From: Myxococcota bacterium
GTDB taxonomy: Bacteria; Myxococcota_A; UBA9160; UBA4427
Assembly (NCBI GenBank): GCA_036336835.1
Contig: JAYZFK010000008.1
Location: 1 to 45,952 of the forward strand
Direction of reading: 5' to 3'
DNA length: 45,952 nt
Part shown: in pieces, positions 18,244-28,600 of the stretch
Layout of the letters: every line of letters starts with the position of its first letter
Numbering within the stretch: the stretch's first letter is position 1
Position numbers and translations under genes: made by a program
Notes under the pieces: model-generated
What the model was told of the DNA's origin: nothing
The model's database searches: none
The model's input: the letters and a program-made list of their open reading frames with translations, nothing else

Positions 18244-19796
18244 GGTCCGCGCGGGTTGCGGGTGCGGTGTGCGCCGTCCTCGTGACGGGCTTCGTGATGC
18301 TGTGGGCGCTGGCCTCTCTCAGCTGGCCATTCGGTCTCGACCAGGGAATCTTTGCCTGGGTCGGCGACACCATCGTGCGCGGCGGCGTGCCGTATCGCGA
18401 TGCCTGGGAGATCAAGGGGCCGGCGACTCACTACCTGTACGCGTTGGCACAGCTGTTGTTCGGCCGCGATGTCTGGGGCCTGCGGGTGCTCGATCTCGCG
18501 CTGCTCGCGGCGAGCGGCGCGGCAGCGTTCGGGCTGGCCGGGCGGGACGCGCAAGGCGCCGCCCGGCGGCTCGCCGGCGCGACGGCCGCGGTCTTCTGGA
18601 TCCTGCTCTACGCGACCGGCGGCTACTGGCATGCGGCACAGCCCGATGGCTGGGCGGCGATGGCCTGGCTCGGGGCCGCCTGGGCCGTCGCCAGGCCTCG
18701 GCCGAGCACTGCGCACTGGCTGGTCGCCGGCGGCCTGTGCGGCCTGTCGGCGCTGCTCAAGCCGCCGTTCGCGCTGTTCGTCGGCCTGCTGCTGCTCGAC
18801 CGGGTGTGGCGTGCCGACCTGGCCGTCGCGCTGCGGGCCGCGCCGGCCGCGCTCGGCGGAATGTTGGGCGTGGTGGCACTGGCGCTGCTCGGCTTCGCCC
18901 GCGCGGGCGCGCTCGGCGATCTGATCGAGGTGCAGCTCGTGTTCAACCCGGGTCTCCATCCGACCGCGTATCGCGATCTGGGTCCGGGCGAGGTCGCGCA
19001 GAGCTGGCTGCGCTGGCTCGCCCAGCCGTGGGCGGCCGCGGCGCTGGGGGCGGGGGTCGTCGGGGTGGTCGTGTCCTGGCGCGCGGCGCGCGCCGACGCG
19101 TTGCTGGTCGCGGGCTGGGGACTGCTGGCGGCGCTGCTGGTGACGGGCCAGAACCAGTACTTCCACTATCACTTCTGGCCGCTGCTGGCGGCCCTTGCGC
19201 TGGGCGCCGGGCTCGTGGCGCGGCGGGTCTCGCAGCTCGCGCCGGGGCTCGTGCGCAGCGCGCTGGCGGCCGGGCTCGTCGCGTCTCTTCTGGTCGCCGC
19301 CTGGCAGCCCGCGCTCTGGATCCGTGCGGCGACGGCGGCCCTGCCGGGTGTCGAGGCCGCCCGCTACGAGCGCTACCGCAACGGGTTCGGCATGGGGAGC
19401 TACGGCTTCGCCGCGATGGAGCAGATCGCCGCGCGCATCCGTGAGCGGACGCTCCCCGGCGACCCGATCCTCGTCTGGGGCTTCGAATCCGGCCTCTACT
19501 TCCTGGCCGATCGGCCCGCCTCGACGCGCTTCGGCTTCCTGTACCCGCTGGTCCGCGGCGGCGGCAGCGACCTCGAGAGCCGCTACCTGCGAGAGTTCGC
19601 GGCGAGCCTGCGCGAAAGGCCTCCCGCCTACGCGGTCGTGTTCGCGCAGTCCTACGACGAGGCCGCCCTGCCCGAGGCGAACCGTGTCGCGCTCGGCTCC
19701 CTGTGGAGCCTGCTCGAGCGTTGCTATGCGGTCGACGAGGCCCTCGCCAGCGAGCGGCTGCGCGCCTGGGCCCGCGATCCCGCGAAGTGTCCCTGA
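18240..19796 (+). CDS. GT-C fold glycosyltransferase (ArnT/PMT-like)
   Basis: GTGA overlap. First loop LDQGIF...GGVPYRDAWEIKGP, multiple TMs, and a periplasmic C-terminal TLPGDPILVWG. Confidence 0.75.
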   Translation: MRSARVAGAVCAVLVTGFVMLWALASLSWPFGLDQGIFAWVGDTIVRGGVPYRDAWEIKGPATHYLYALAQLLFGRDVWGLRVLDLALLAASGAAAFGLAGRDAQGAARRLAGATAAVFWILLYATGGYWHAAQPDGWAAMAWLGAAWAVARPRPSTAHWLVAGGLCGLSALLKPPFALFVGLLLLDRVWRADLAVALRAAPAALGGMLGVVALALLGFARAGALGDLIEVQLVFNPGLHPTAYRDLGPGEVAQSWLRWLAQPWAAAALGAGVVGVVVSWRAARADALLVAGWGLLAALLVTGQNQYFHYHFWPLLAALALGAGLVARRVSQLAPGLVRSALAAGLVASLLVAAWQPALWIRAATAALPGVEAARYERYRNGFGMGSYGFAAMEQIAARIRERTLPGDPILVWGFESGLYFLADRPASTRFGFLYPLVRGGGSDLESRYLREFAASLRERPPAYAVVFAQSYDEAALPEANRVALGSLWSLLERCYAVDEALASERLRAWARDPAKCP

Positions 19797-19895
19797 GCCT
19801 CCGGGTGGGCAGCGGCCGTGGGCGGTTCGAGGTCCCGGGGCTTGACGCCGGAGGTCGTGGGGCGCGAGGATCGGCAGCCAAGGAGGTGTAGCGCG

Positions 19896-22316
19896 ATGTC
19901 TGAGACCCCTGGCGCCGGACCGCTCTTCGGGCTCCGCGTGATCGATCTGTCGACCGGGATCACCGGCCCCTACGCCAGCAAGCTGCTGGCCGACGCCGGT
20001 GCGGACGTCGTCAAGCTCGAGCCGCCGGGCGGCGATCCGCTGCGTCGCTGGACAGCCTCTCACCGCGAGTTGCCGGCGGGTGCCGACGGCGCCCTGTTCC
20101 AGTACCTGAACGCCAACAAGCGGAGCGCGATCGCCGACCTGACGAGTGCGGACGGTCGTGGGCTCGCCGCGGATCTCGCCGCCGGCGCCGATATCGTGAT
20201 CGAGAACCTCGGTCCGGGCGGTGCCGAACAGAACGGGCTCGACTGGAGCTCGATCCACGCTCGCAACCCGCAGACCACCTGGGTGGCGATCTCACCCTGG
20301 GGCGGCACCGGCCCGTGGGCCCACCGTCCCTGCACGGAGTTCACGCTGCAGGCCGCCACCGGGTCGACGGGTTATCGCGGCCATCCGGATCTTGGTCCGG
20401 TCGCATCGGGCGGGCGCATCGGCGAGTGGCTCCCCGGGGTCTACGCCGCGCTCGGGGGGCTGTTCGGCTGGCTGTCCGCGCGTCGAACAGGGGAGGGGCA
20501 TCACGTCGATCTCTCGATGTTCGAGACGCTGTGTCTGGCAATGACGGTCTACCACGACCTGAACTCGCAGTTCTTCGCGGATTCGCTGATGCAATCGATC
20601 GAGACTCCGTCGATCGAGCCCGCAAAGGACGGATGGATCGGGCTGTGCACCATTACCGGCCAGCAGTGGAAGGAATTCTGCACGCTGATCGGTCGGGTCG
20701 ATATCGGCGAGAACGAGCGCTACCTCGATGCGCGCTTGCGGATGGAGGACCTCGAGGTCATCCACGAGGCCATCCACGCCTACACCCGGGAGCACTCGGT
20801 CGAGGAGATCGTGAAGCTCGCTCAGTTGATGCGCATCCCGGCCAATCCACTGGGCGACGGCCGCACGCTGCCCGCGATGGACCAGTTCGTGGCGCGCGAG
20901 GTGTTCGTCGAGAACCCGGCCGGCTTCCTCCAGCCGCGCCCGCCGTATCGCCTGCACGGGTCGGACGGGGGCGCGCTCCGACCGATTCGACCGGCGCCTG
21001 GACTGGGCGAACACGCGGAGGCCGTTGCGGCCGAGCGCGCGCTTGCGCGGCCTGCCCGCGCGCCGGAGGGCGGCGACGCGCTTCCGCTCTCGGGGCTGCG
21101 CGTGCTCGACCTGACCGCCTTCTGGGCCGGTCCGGTCGCCACGAGCGTGCTCGGCGAGATGGGGGCCGACGTGATCAAGGTGGAGTCGGTCCAGCGCCCG
21201 GACGGCATGCGCTTCGCCGGGTCGGTGATGAACGACAAGATGTGGGAGTACAACCCGATCAACCACGGCTGCAACTCGAGCAAGCGCGGCATCACCTTGC
21301 AGCTCGACTCGGAGCGGGGGCTCGAGCTCGTGAGGCGGCTCGTCGCCCAGGCCGATATCGTGGCCGAGAACTTCTCGGCGCGTGTGCTCGACAACTTCGG
21401 GCTGGGCTGGGACACGATCCACGCCCTCAACCCGCGCGCGATCCTGTTGCGCATGCCGTCGTTCGGGCTCGACGGTCCGTGGCGCGACAACATCGGCTTC
21501 GCGATGAATATCGAGCAGGTGAGCGGCCTCGCCTGGATGACGGGCTATCCGCACCTGCCGCTGGTCGTGCGCGGCGCCTGCGATCCGCTCGGTGGCATGC
21601 ACGGGGTCTTCGCTCTGCTTCTGGCGCTCGAGGAGCGCCGGCGCACTGGCGAAGGCCAGCTCGTCGAGGTGCCGCTGGTCGAGCCTGCGATCAACGTCGC
21701 AGCCGAGCAGGTGATCGAATGGTCGGCCTACGGTCAGTTCCTCGCGCGCGACACCAACCGTGGACCGCTGGCCGCGCCGCAGGGATGCTATGCCTGCTCG
21801 GATCGCGCTCCCACCAAGCAGGGGCCGGCCTACGTCGCGATCGCCTGCGAGACGGATGCGCAGTGGCAGGCGCTGGTTGGCGTACTCGGGAGTCCCGACT
21901 GGGCGAGTGATCCGGCGCTCGCTGCCGAGGCCGGTCGCCGCGCCGCGCACGACGCGATCGACGATCGACTGGGCGCGTGGACGGCGCAGCGAACGGCCCA
22001 GCAGGCGGAGGATGCACTGCTCGCGGCGGGGGTCCCCGCGAACGTCGTGATCAACGGTCACGCGCTGTCGCCCAACCCGCAGCTCGAACACCGAGGCTTC
22101 TTCCAGGTGATGGAGCACGCGCTGGTCGGCAAGCTCCGCTACCCCGGCCAGCCGATGGCCTATTCGGGGCTACCGCGCGCGCTGCGGCGCCGCCCGCCGC
22201 CGCTGCTCGGAGAGCACAACGACGAGGTGCTGCGAGAGGAGCTCGGGCTCTCCGACGCCGAGATCGAGGCGCTGCGCGAAGCGCAGGTGATCGGGGAACG
22301 TCCGAGCTTCATGTAG
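19896..22316 (+). CDS. Double-domain CaiB/BaiF (family III) CoA-transferase
   Basis: Two repeats of LxGLRVxDL...GP...GADVxKxE...NxxKR. C-terminal PPLLGEHN. AGGAGG SD. Confidence 0.9.
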   Translation: MSETPGAGPLFGLRVIDLSTGITGPYASKLLADAGADVVKLEPPGGDPLRRWTASHRELPAGADGALFQYLNANKRSAIADLTSADGRGLAADLAAGADIVIENLGPGGAEQNGLDWSSIHARNPQTTWVAISPWGGTGPWAHRPCTEFTLQAATGSTGYRGHPDLGPVASGGRIGEWLPGVYAALGGLFGWLSARRTGEGHHVDLSMFETLCLAMTVYHDLNSQFFADSLMQSIETPSIEPAKDGWIGLCTITGQQWKEFCTLIGRVDIGENERYLDARLRMEDLEVIHEAIHAYTREHSVEEIVKLAQLMRIPANPLGDGRTLPAMDQFVAREVFVENPAGFLQPRPPYRLHGSDGGALRPIRPAPGLGEHAEAVAAERALARPARAPEGGDALPLSGLRVLDLTAFWAGPVATSVLGEMGADVIKVESVQRPDGMRFAGSVMNDKMWEYNPINHGCNSSKRGITLQLDSERGLELVRRLVAQADIVAENFSARVLDNFGLGWDTIHALNPRAILLRMPSFGLDGPWRDNIGFAMNIEQVSGLAWMTGYPHLPLVVRGACDPLGGMHGVFALLLALEERRRTGEGQLVEVPLVEPAINVAAEQVIEWSAYGQFLARDTNRGPLAAPQGCYACSDRAPTKQGPAYVAIACETDAQWQALVGVLGSPDWASDPALAAEAGRRAAHDAIDDRLGAWTAQRTAQQAEDALLAAGVPANVVINGHALSPNPQLEHRGFFQVMEHALVGKLRYPGQPMAYSGLPRALRRRPPPLLGEHNDEVLREELGLSDAEIEALREAQVIGERPSFM

Positions 22317-22333
22317 CGAGCCGGGTGGGGCAG

Positions 22334-23548
22334 CTAGCCGATCGTGCCCGCGCGTCGGAGCTCGGTGATGCGGTCCCAGTCCATCCCGAGCTCGAGCAGG
22401 ATCTCCTCGGTGTGCTGCCCAGTCTCGGGCGCCGGGTGCGGTATGGCGGCGTGCTCGTCGAACTGGATGGGCGTTGCGACCAGCTCGAACTTCTCCCCGG
22501 CTGGCCCGTCGAGCTCGGCGATCAGGCCGTTCGCTGCGGCCTGCGGATCGCGCGCGGCTTCGAGCGTGTCCTGCACCACCTCCCAGACGCCGTCGAAGCC
22601 CGCCAGTGCCTCGCTCCAGTGCGCGAGCGGCTCCGCTTCGAACAGCTCTTCGAGCAGCAGTGCGCAGGCGTCGAGGTTGGCGTCGAAGCGCTCGCGCTCG
22701 TCGAAGCGGGTGTCCTCGATCCACTCCGGTCGGCCGAGACAGCGGCACAGCGCCGGCCACTGCGTGAAGCCCTGCAGCGCGCCGAGCACGATCCAGCGCC
22801 CGTCCCGGGTTCGATAGGTGCCCGCCAGCGGGTTCGCCGCGGGGATCCGCTCCATCGGGCGCGCCGCCTCGCCCTGCATCATCGCAGCCGAGATCGCCGA
22901 GGCCATCGACCACATGCCGAGGCCGAGCAGCGACAGGTCGACGACGGAGGGCTCGCCGGTTCGCTCGCGCTTGAACAACGCGGCGCCGATCGCTCCCGCG
23001 AGTGCCAGACCACCCATGCTGTCGCCGTAGGCGCCGCTCGGCATCGGGCTCGGCCGGTCGGCTTCCGGAGGCGTGGCGCCGAACTGCGCGCCCGACCGTG
23101 CCCAGAAGGCAGCGTGGTCGAAGCCCCCGCGGTCGCGCTCGGGCCCGCGCTCGCCGAGCCCGGTCCCGCGGCCGTAGATGATCGACGGGTTGAAGGCGCG
23201 CACCGTCTCGAGCTCGAGCCCAAGTCGCCTGCGCGACCCGGGCAGCAGGTTGGTGAGCAGCACGTCGGCCGTCCCCAGCAACTCACCGAGCAGCGCGTGG
23301 CCGGCCTCGCTCGCGAGGTCGATGCCGATGCTGCGCTTGCCGCGGTTGGCGTGCTGAATCGCGTAGTTCACCGGGCCTGCGACGGCGAGGTTGCCGGTGC
23401 TGCGAAGCCCACGGTAGGCGTCGCCCGCGCCCGGGGGCTCCACCTTGATCACCTCGGCGCCCCACTCCGCGAGCACCCCGCTCGCCACCGGGACGAACAC
23501 GTACTGCGCTACCTCGATGACGCGGATCCCTCGCAGGACCTCGTGCAC
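22334..23548 (-). CDS. CaiB/BaiF family III CoA-transferase
   Basis: LRGIRVIEV, WGAEVIKVE, NRGKRSI, YGDSMGG and APETGQHTEEIL. Confidence 0.9.
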   Translation of the reverse strand: MHEVLRGIRVIEVAQYVFVPVASGVLAEWGAEVIKVEPPGAGDAYRGLRSTGNLAVAGPVNYAIQHANRGKRSIGIDLASEAGHALLGELLGTADVLLTNLLPGSRRRLGLELETVRAFNPSIIYGRGTGLGERGPERDRGGFDHAAFWARSGAQFGATPPEADRPSPMPSGAYGDSMGGLALAGAIGAALFKRERTGEPSVVDLSLLGLGMWSMASAISAAMMQGEAARPMERIPAANPLAGTYRTRDGRWIVLGALQGFTQWPALCRCLGRPEWIEDTRFDERERFDANLDACALLLEELFEAEPLAHWSEALAGFDGVWEVVQDTLEAARDPQAAANGLIAELDGPAGEKFELVATPIQFDEHAAIPHPAPETGQHTEEILLELGMDWDRITELRRAGTIG

Positions 23549-23549
23549 G

Positions 23550-24401
23550 TCAGCCCCGGGATGCGAGGGCGTCGCGGATGAATCGGATCGCATCCTCGGT
23601 GAGCTGCTCCTCGGACTCGAACGCGTTTCGCCAGACGTTGGCTGCGGTCACGATCGTGGGGTCCCGCGTGCCGAAGGCTTCGACCACCAGCCAGCCGGAG
23701 TAGTCGATTGCACCGAGTGCCGCGAAGTTGCCGTCCCAGTCGACCTGGCCCGTTCCGAGAGTTCCTCTGTGGCTCTCGCTCAGGTGAACGTGGCGCAGCT
23801 CGCCGCGGATCGACTCGAGCGCCTGGCCGGGGTCGGGATCTTCGATGTTGGCGTGATGCGTATCGTAGAGCACGCCGACGTTGTCGAGACCGACGTCGCG
23901 GACCATGCGCGCGGCGTCGGCCGCCGTATTGATCAAGAAGACCTCGAAGCGGTTGAGGAACTCGAGGCCCAGCTGCACGCCCAGCTCGGCCGCGTACTCG
24001 CCGGCTTCGCGCAGATAGGCGGCGCTCCAGGCCCATTCTTCTTCGGTTGCCGGCCGATCCGCAAAGTACTTGTGCGCCTGGTAGATCCCGCCGCCCAACA
24101 GCTCGCTTCCGAGCGCCTTGCATTCGTCGATGCGCCGCTTCAGGTTCGGCACTGCCTTCGCGCGAATGTCGGGGTCCGGGTCGATCGGGTTCGTGTCCGG
24201 CGTGATGAACGTCACCGCGGTGCACTCGAGCCCGAGCCCCTCGGCGGCCTCTCGCAGTTTCGCGAGCTCCTCGGGGGACTGACCCAGGACGGGGATCTCG
24301 ACGCCGTCGAAGCCGGCGCGCCGGATCAGCTCGAGGAGCGGGATGTGCGACGAGTCGATCTCGACGCCCCAGAGCAGCATGTTCATCCCGATCTTGTTCA
24401 T
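23550..24401 (-). CDS. Sugar phosphate isomerase/epimerase, D-psicose/D-tagatose 3-epimerase family
   Basis: GFDGVEI, LEFLNRFE, YDTHH, HVHLSESHRG and VVEAF metal/catalytic motifs. ATGA overlap with the upstream gene. Confidence 0.85.
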   Translation of the reverse strand: MNKIGMNMLLWGVEIDSSHIPLLELIRRAGFDGVEIPVLGQSPEELAKLREAAEGLGLECTAVTFITPDTNPIDPDPDIRAKAVPNLKRRIDECKALGSELLGGGIYQAHKYFADRPATEEEWAWSAAYLREAGEYAAELGVQLGLEFLNRFEVFLINTAADAARMVRDVGLDNVGVLYDTHHANIEDPDPGQALESIRGELRHVHLSESHRGTLGTGQVDWDGNFAALGAIDYSGWLVVEAFGTRDPTIVTAANVWRNAFESEEQLTEDAIRFIRDALASRG

Positions 24402-25663
24402 GAGACGGGTACGCCCGAGGCGGCTTCGGGGTCCTTCACGAAGGTGCCGCCCTTCAGTATGCCGAGTAGCTTCTCTTCCCGTTGCAAGATCGCGATGTCC
24501 TGGCTCGGGTCGCCATCGATGACCAGCAGGTCGGCCAGCTTGCCCGGCTCGATCGTGCCAACCGCGTCCGGCATCAGCTCGCCGCCGTTGCGGGTGGCCC
24601 AACGGATGACATCGAGCGCTGGAATGCCGCACTCCTTGGCGTAGAATTCCATCTCTGCGGCGTACGCCCCCTGGGCGTGGGGAAGCAGCATGATTCCGTA
24701 GTCGTCGCCGATGCACAGGCGCACGCCGGCCTCGTTCGCGGCCGGCAGAGCGCGCAGCATGTTCTCGAAGTCGGCGCGGATCGGGGCCCGCTGCGTCTCG
24801 GTGGCGTGTATCAGGTTCTGCGTGTCGCCGAGCATCAGCTTGATGAAGTAGGCGCTCGGCACCAGCGTCGTGTCATTGGCGAGCATCGTGTCGATCAGCT
24901 CGGCGTCGAGTCGGTCGCCGTGGTCGATGATGTCGACGCCCGCCCGAATGCACTCGAGGATCGGCTGCTTCCACGGGCAGTGCGCGCGCACGCGCGCACC
25001 GCGCTGATGTGCCGTGCGGACCACCGTCTCGAGCTCCTCGCGGTCGAACGACGTTTCCTCGAGCGCCTCGTTCACACCGTGGCCGCCGCTCGGGAAGATC
25101 TTGATCATCTCGACCCCGCGCGAAATCTCCTCGCGCACGGCGTGCAAGAACTCGTCGGGCCCGCTGCAGCAGAGGCCAGCGCCCTTGTTGCCGAGCTCCC
25201 ACCACCAGGACTCGGTGTCCTGATAGCCGCCGACGGTGTCGAGACCCCGCCCGCCGGGCACGAAGCGGGGACCCTCGACGACGCCGTCCTCGATCGCGCG
25301 TTTGCACTGTGGGTCGATGTCGTCGTTGATCGAGCCCGCGGAGACGACAGAGGTGAAGCCGCTCATCAGTGCGAGCCGCAGGTTCTTCGAGGCGACGATG
25401 GCGAGATAGGCCGGCGGCGCCTCGAGCCCGAGCGGCGCCGGCAGGATCGAGATGTCGTCGTAGGTCGAGTGGAAGTGTGAGGTCACCATCCCGGGCATCA
25501 GCGTGCGGCCCGCGAGATCGATGACGCGGTCGTCGGGCGCCGCCTCGACCGGCGTCTCGTCGACCTGCACGATGGTGTCGTTCTCGACCACGATCGTCTG
25601 GCCGGGCCGAGCCGGGTGCTCTCCGTCGAGCAGGTTGGCGTCGCGGAAGACGAGCCGGCTCAT
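24398..25663 (-). CDS. Metal-dependent amidohydrolase (Xaa-Pro dipeptidase-like)
   Basis: IDLAGRTLMPG..SHFH, IKIF, RAHC, IDHG and GTIEPGKLADLLVIDGDP. Confidence 0.9.
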   Translation of the reverse strand: MSRLVFRDANLLDGEHPARPGQTIVVENDTIVQVDETPVEAAPDDRVIDLAGRTLMPGMVTSHFHSTYDDISILPAPLGLEAPPAYLAIVASKNLRLALMSGFTSVVSAGSINDDIDPQCKRAIEDGVVEGPRFVPGGRGLDTVGGYQDTESWWWELGNKGAGLCCSGPDEFLHAVREEISRGVEMIKIFPSGGHGVNEALEETSFDREELETVVRTAHQRGARVRAHCPWKQPILECIRAGVDIIDHGDRLDAELIDTMLANDTTLVPSAYFIKLMLGDTQNLIHATETQRAPIRADFENMLRALPAANEAGVRLCIGDDYGIMLLPHAQGAYAAEMEFYAKECGIPALDVIRWATRNGGELMPDAVGTIEPGKLADLLVIDGDPSQDIAILQREEKLLGILKGGTFVKDPEAASGVPVS

Positions 25664-25665
25664 CG

Positions 25666-28600
25666 CTAGGCGGCCGCTCCGGGTGTGTGCAGACGGAAGG
25701 CCTCGAGCAGCTCACGCTCCTTGTCGCGGGCCTCGGCCAGGTGGCGTTCCTTGACGTCCTCGAAGCCCCGGATGTGCTCGGGAATGCTCGCGATCTCGAC
25801 CGCGAGGGCGTAGTTGTCCTTCGACAGTGATCCCAGCAGGTACTCGACCCTCTGCTCGTACTCGTCCGCGAGGCTGCGTTCCAACCGCCGGTGCGGGGTC
25901 GTGAACAGGTCGAGCGCGGTGCCGCGCAGGAACTTGAGCCGGGCCATCGCCTTCAGCACGTGGAAGAACCAGGGGCCGAAGTCGATTTTCTTGGTCCGCC
26001 CGGTGTCCGGATCGGCGCGCCGGAGGAAGCGGTCGACCAGCGGAATCCGCGGCGGAGCCAGGTGGAGTGAGATGCGGTAGTCGCCGGTGAATTGCTGCTC
26101 GAGCTGGTGCTGGAACTCGCCGTCGGTCCACAGACGCGCGACCTCGTATTCGTCCTTTACGGCGAGCAGCTTGAAGAAGTAGCGGGCGACAGCGGTCGAG
26201 AGGGTCTCGTCGTTCGAAGCGAGCTGGCGCTCGCGTTCGGCAACCTGCCCGACCAGCTTGCGGTAGCGACGGACCATGCCACGGCCCGAGTAGCGGTGGA
26301 GCTCGGCCGAACGGTGGTCCAGGATCTCGTCGCGGCTCTGGAGCAGCCCGGCGGTCGGGTCGGTCGCTCCGTGCAGCAGCGGTCGCGCGATCTCCTGCAC
26401 CCTGGCGGGGTCGTGGGCAGCGAGCCGTCCCCACGCGAGCGCTCGCTTGTTCATCTCGACCTGGCGGCCGTTGAGCTCGACCGCTCGCTCCAGCGCGCCG
26501 AGCGAGACCGGCAGGCGACCGCGCTGGAAGGCGTAGCCCACCAGGAACAGGTTGGTCGCGATCGCATCGCCCATCAGCGCGGTGGCCAGCGCAGTCGCCG
26601 ACACGAAGTGACACTGGTCCTCTCCGGCTGCGGCGGTGATCGCCACCTCCATGCCCTTGGAGGACATATCGAGGTCGGGATTGCCCGCGAAGTCGGCGGT
26701 CGGTGCCACGTGGTCGTTCGCGATCACCGTGGTGCGCCCCGGCGACATCTTCTCGAGGTTCTCGGGGCTCGATGCGACGACGATGTCGCAGCCGAGCACC
26801 AGGTCGGCCGAGCCGCTGGCGATGCGCGTTGCGTGCAGAGCCTCGGGATCATGGGCCACGCGCAGGTGGCTCGTGACCGGACCGTTCTTTTGCGCGAGAC
26901 CCGTCACGTCGAGCACCGTCACGCCCTGACCCTCGAGGTGGGCGGCCATGCCGAGCAGCGCCCCGACCGTGATCACACCGGTGCCGCCGATGCCCGTCAC
27001 CAGCAGATTGAAGGGCTCGTCGATCGAAGGCGTCTGGGGAAGCGGAAGATCGGCAAAGATGGCGTCGCCGCCCGTGTCGGCCGCGTCGCTTGCCGCCACG
27101 CGCAGCTCGCCGCCGTAGACCGACAGGAAGCTCGGGCAATGGCCCTTGACGCAGGAGAAGTCCTTGTTGCACGACGACTGGTTGATCCGGCGTTTGCGCC
27201 CGAACTCGCTCTCGGCAGGCTCGACCGAGATGCAGTTGCTCTGCACGCTGCAGTCGCCGCAGCCCTCGCAGACCCGCTCGTTGATCACGGTGCGGCGATC
27301 GGGGTCCGGGAACTCGCCGCGCTTGCGCAGGCGGCGCGCCTCGGCCGCACAGGTCTGGTCGTAGACGATCGCCGTGACGCCCGGCAGCGGTCGCAGCAGC
27401 CGCTGCACGAAGTCGAGCCGATCGCGGTGGTAGACCTCGCAGCCCGGCGGCAGTGAGCCGCGCGGATACTTGTCGGGCTCGTCGCTGACGATGACGATCT
27501 TCTTCACGCCTTCGGCATCGAGCTGCCGCGCGATCTCGGGCGAGGTGATCGCGCCGTCCATCGGCTGGCCCTCGATCGGCTGTCCGCCGGTCATCGCGAC
27601 CGCACCATTGACCAGGATCTTGTAGGTGATGTTGGTCCCGGCGGCGACGTTGGCGCGGATGCACAGATAGCCGCTGTGGAAGTAGGTGCCGTCGCCCATG
27701 TTCTGGAAGATGTGGGGCAGATCGACGAAGGGGGAGAGGCCGATCCAGGTCGCGCCTTCGCCGCCCATATGGGTCGACGACACGGTCCGGCGTTCGGGCA
27801 TCCAGGCGACCATGCCGTGGCAGCCGATCCCGCCGAAGGCGAACGAGCCCTCGGGGACGACGGTCGACGTGTTGTGCGGACAGCCCGAGCAGAAGGCCGG
27901 GCGACGGGCCAGGCTGCCCTGGCTGATCGTGGGCAGCTGCACCACCTCGGCCCGCTTGCGGGGCGAAACGAGGTCGGGCGCCGCGCGCTCGAGCCAGCGT
28001 CGCAGTGCCTGCTCGACGCTCCCCGGCGTGAGCTCGCCGACGTCGGAGACCAGCGGTGAGCCGTCGACGTCGCGCTTGCCGAGCAGACGGGGCCGCGGCT
28101 CGAGGTCGTAGAGCACGCGGGCGAGCTGGTCCTCCACCAGCGGTCGCTTCTCCTCCACCACCAGCAGCTCTTCCATGCCGCGTGCGAACTCGCGCGCACC
28201 CTGCGGCTCGAGCGGCCAGGTGAGTGCGACCTTGTAGATCGAGAGACCGAGCTCGTGCGCCTTCTGCTCGTCGATGCCGAGCTCGTCGAGGGCCTGGCGG
28301 ACGTCGAGGTAGGCCTTGCCGGTCGTGACGATGCCGAGCCGCTTGCGCGGCGAGTCGATCGGACGCCGGTCGAGGCCGTTGGCGCGCACGAAGGCCTGCA
28401 CGGCCGGAAGGCGGCGGTGGTACAGACGCTCCTCGATGGCCAGCAGCCCGCCGGTGATGAAGCCGATGTTGAGGCCACCCTCGGGCATCGGAAAGTCGTC
28501 CGGCGTGACGACTTGCACGCGGTCGTGCCCGACGTGCACGGATGCGCTGCTCTCGACCGTGTCGGTCAGGCACTTCATCCCCACCCAGCTGCCCGAGTAG

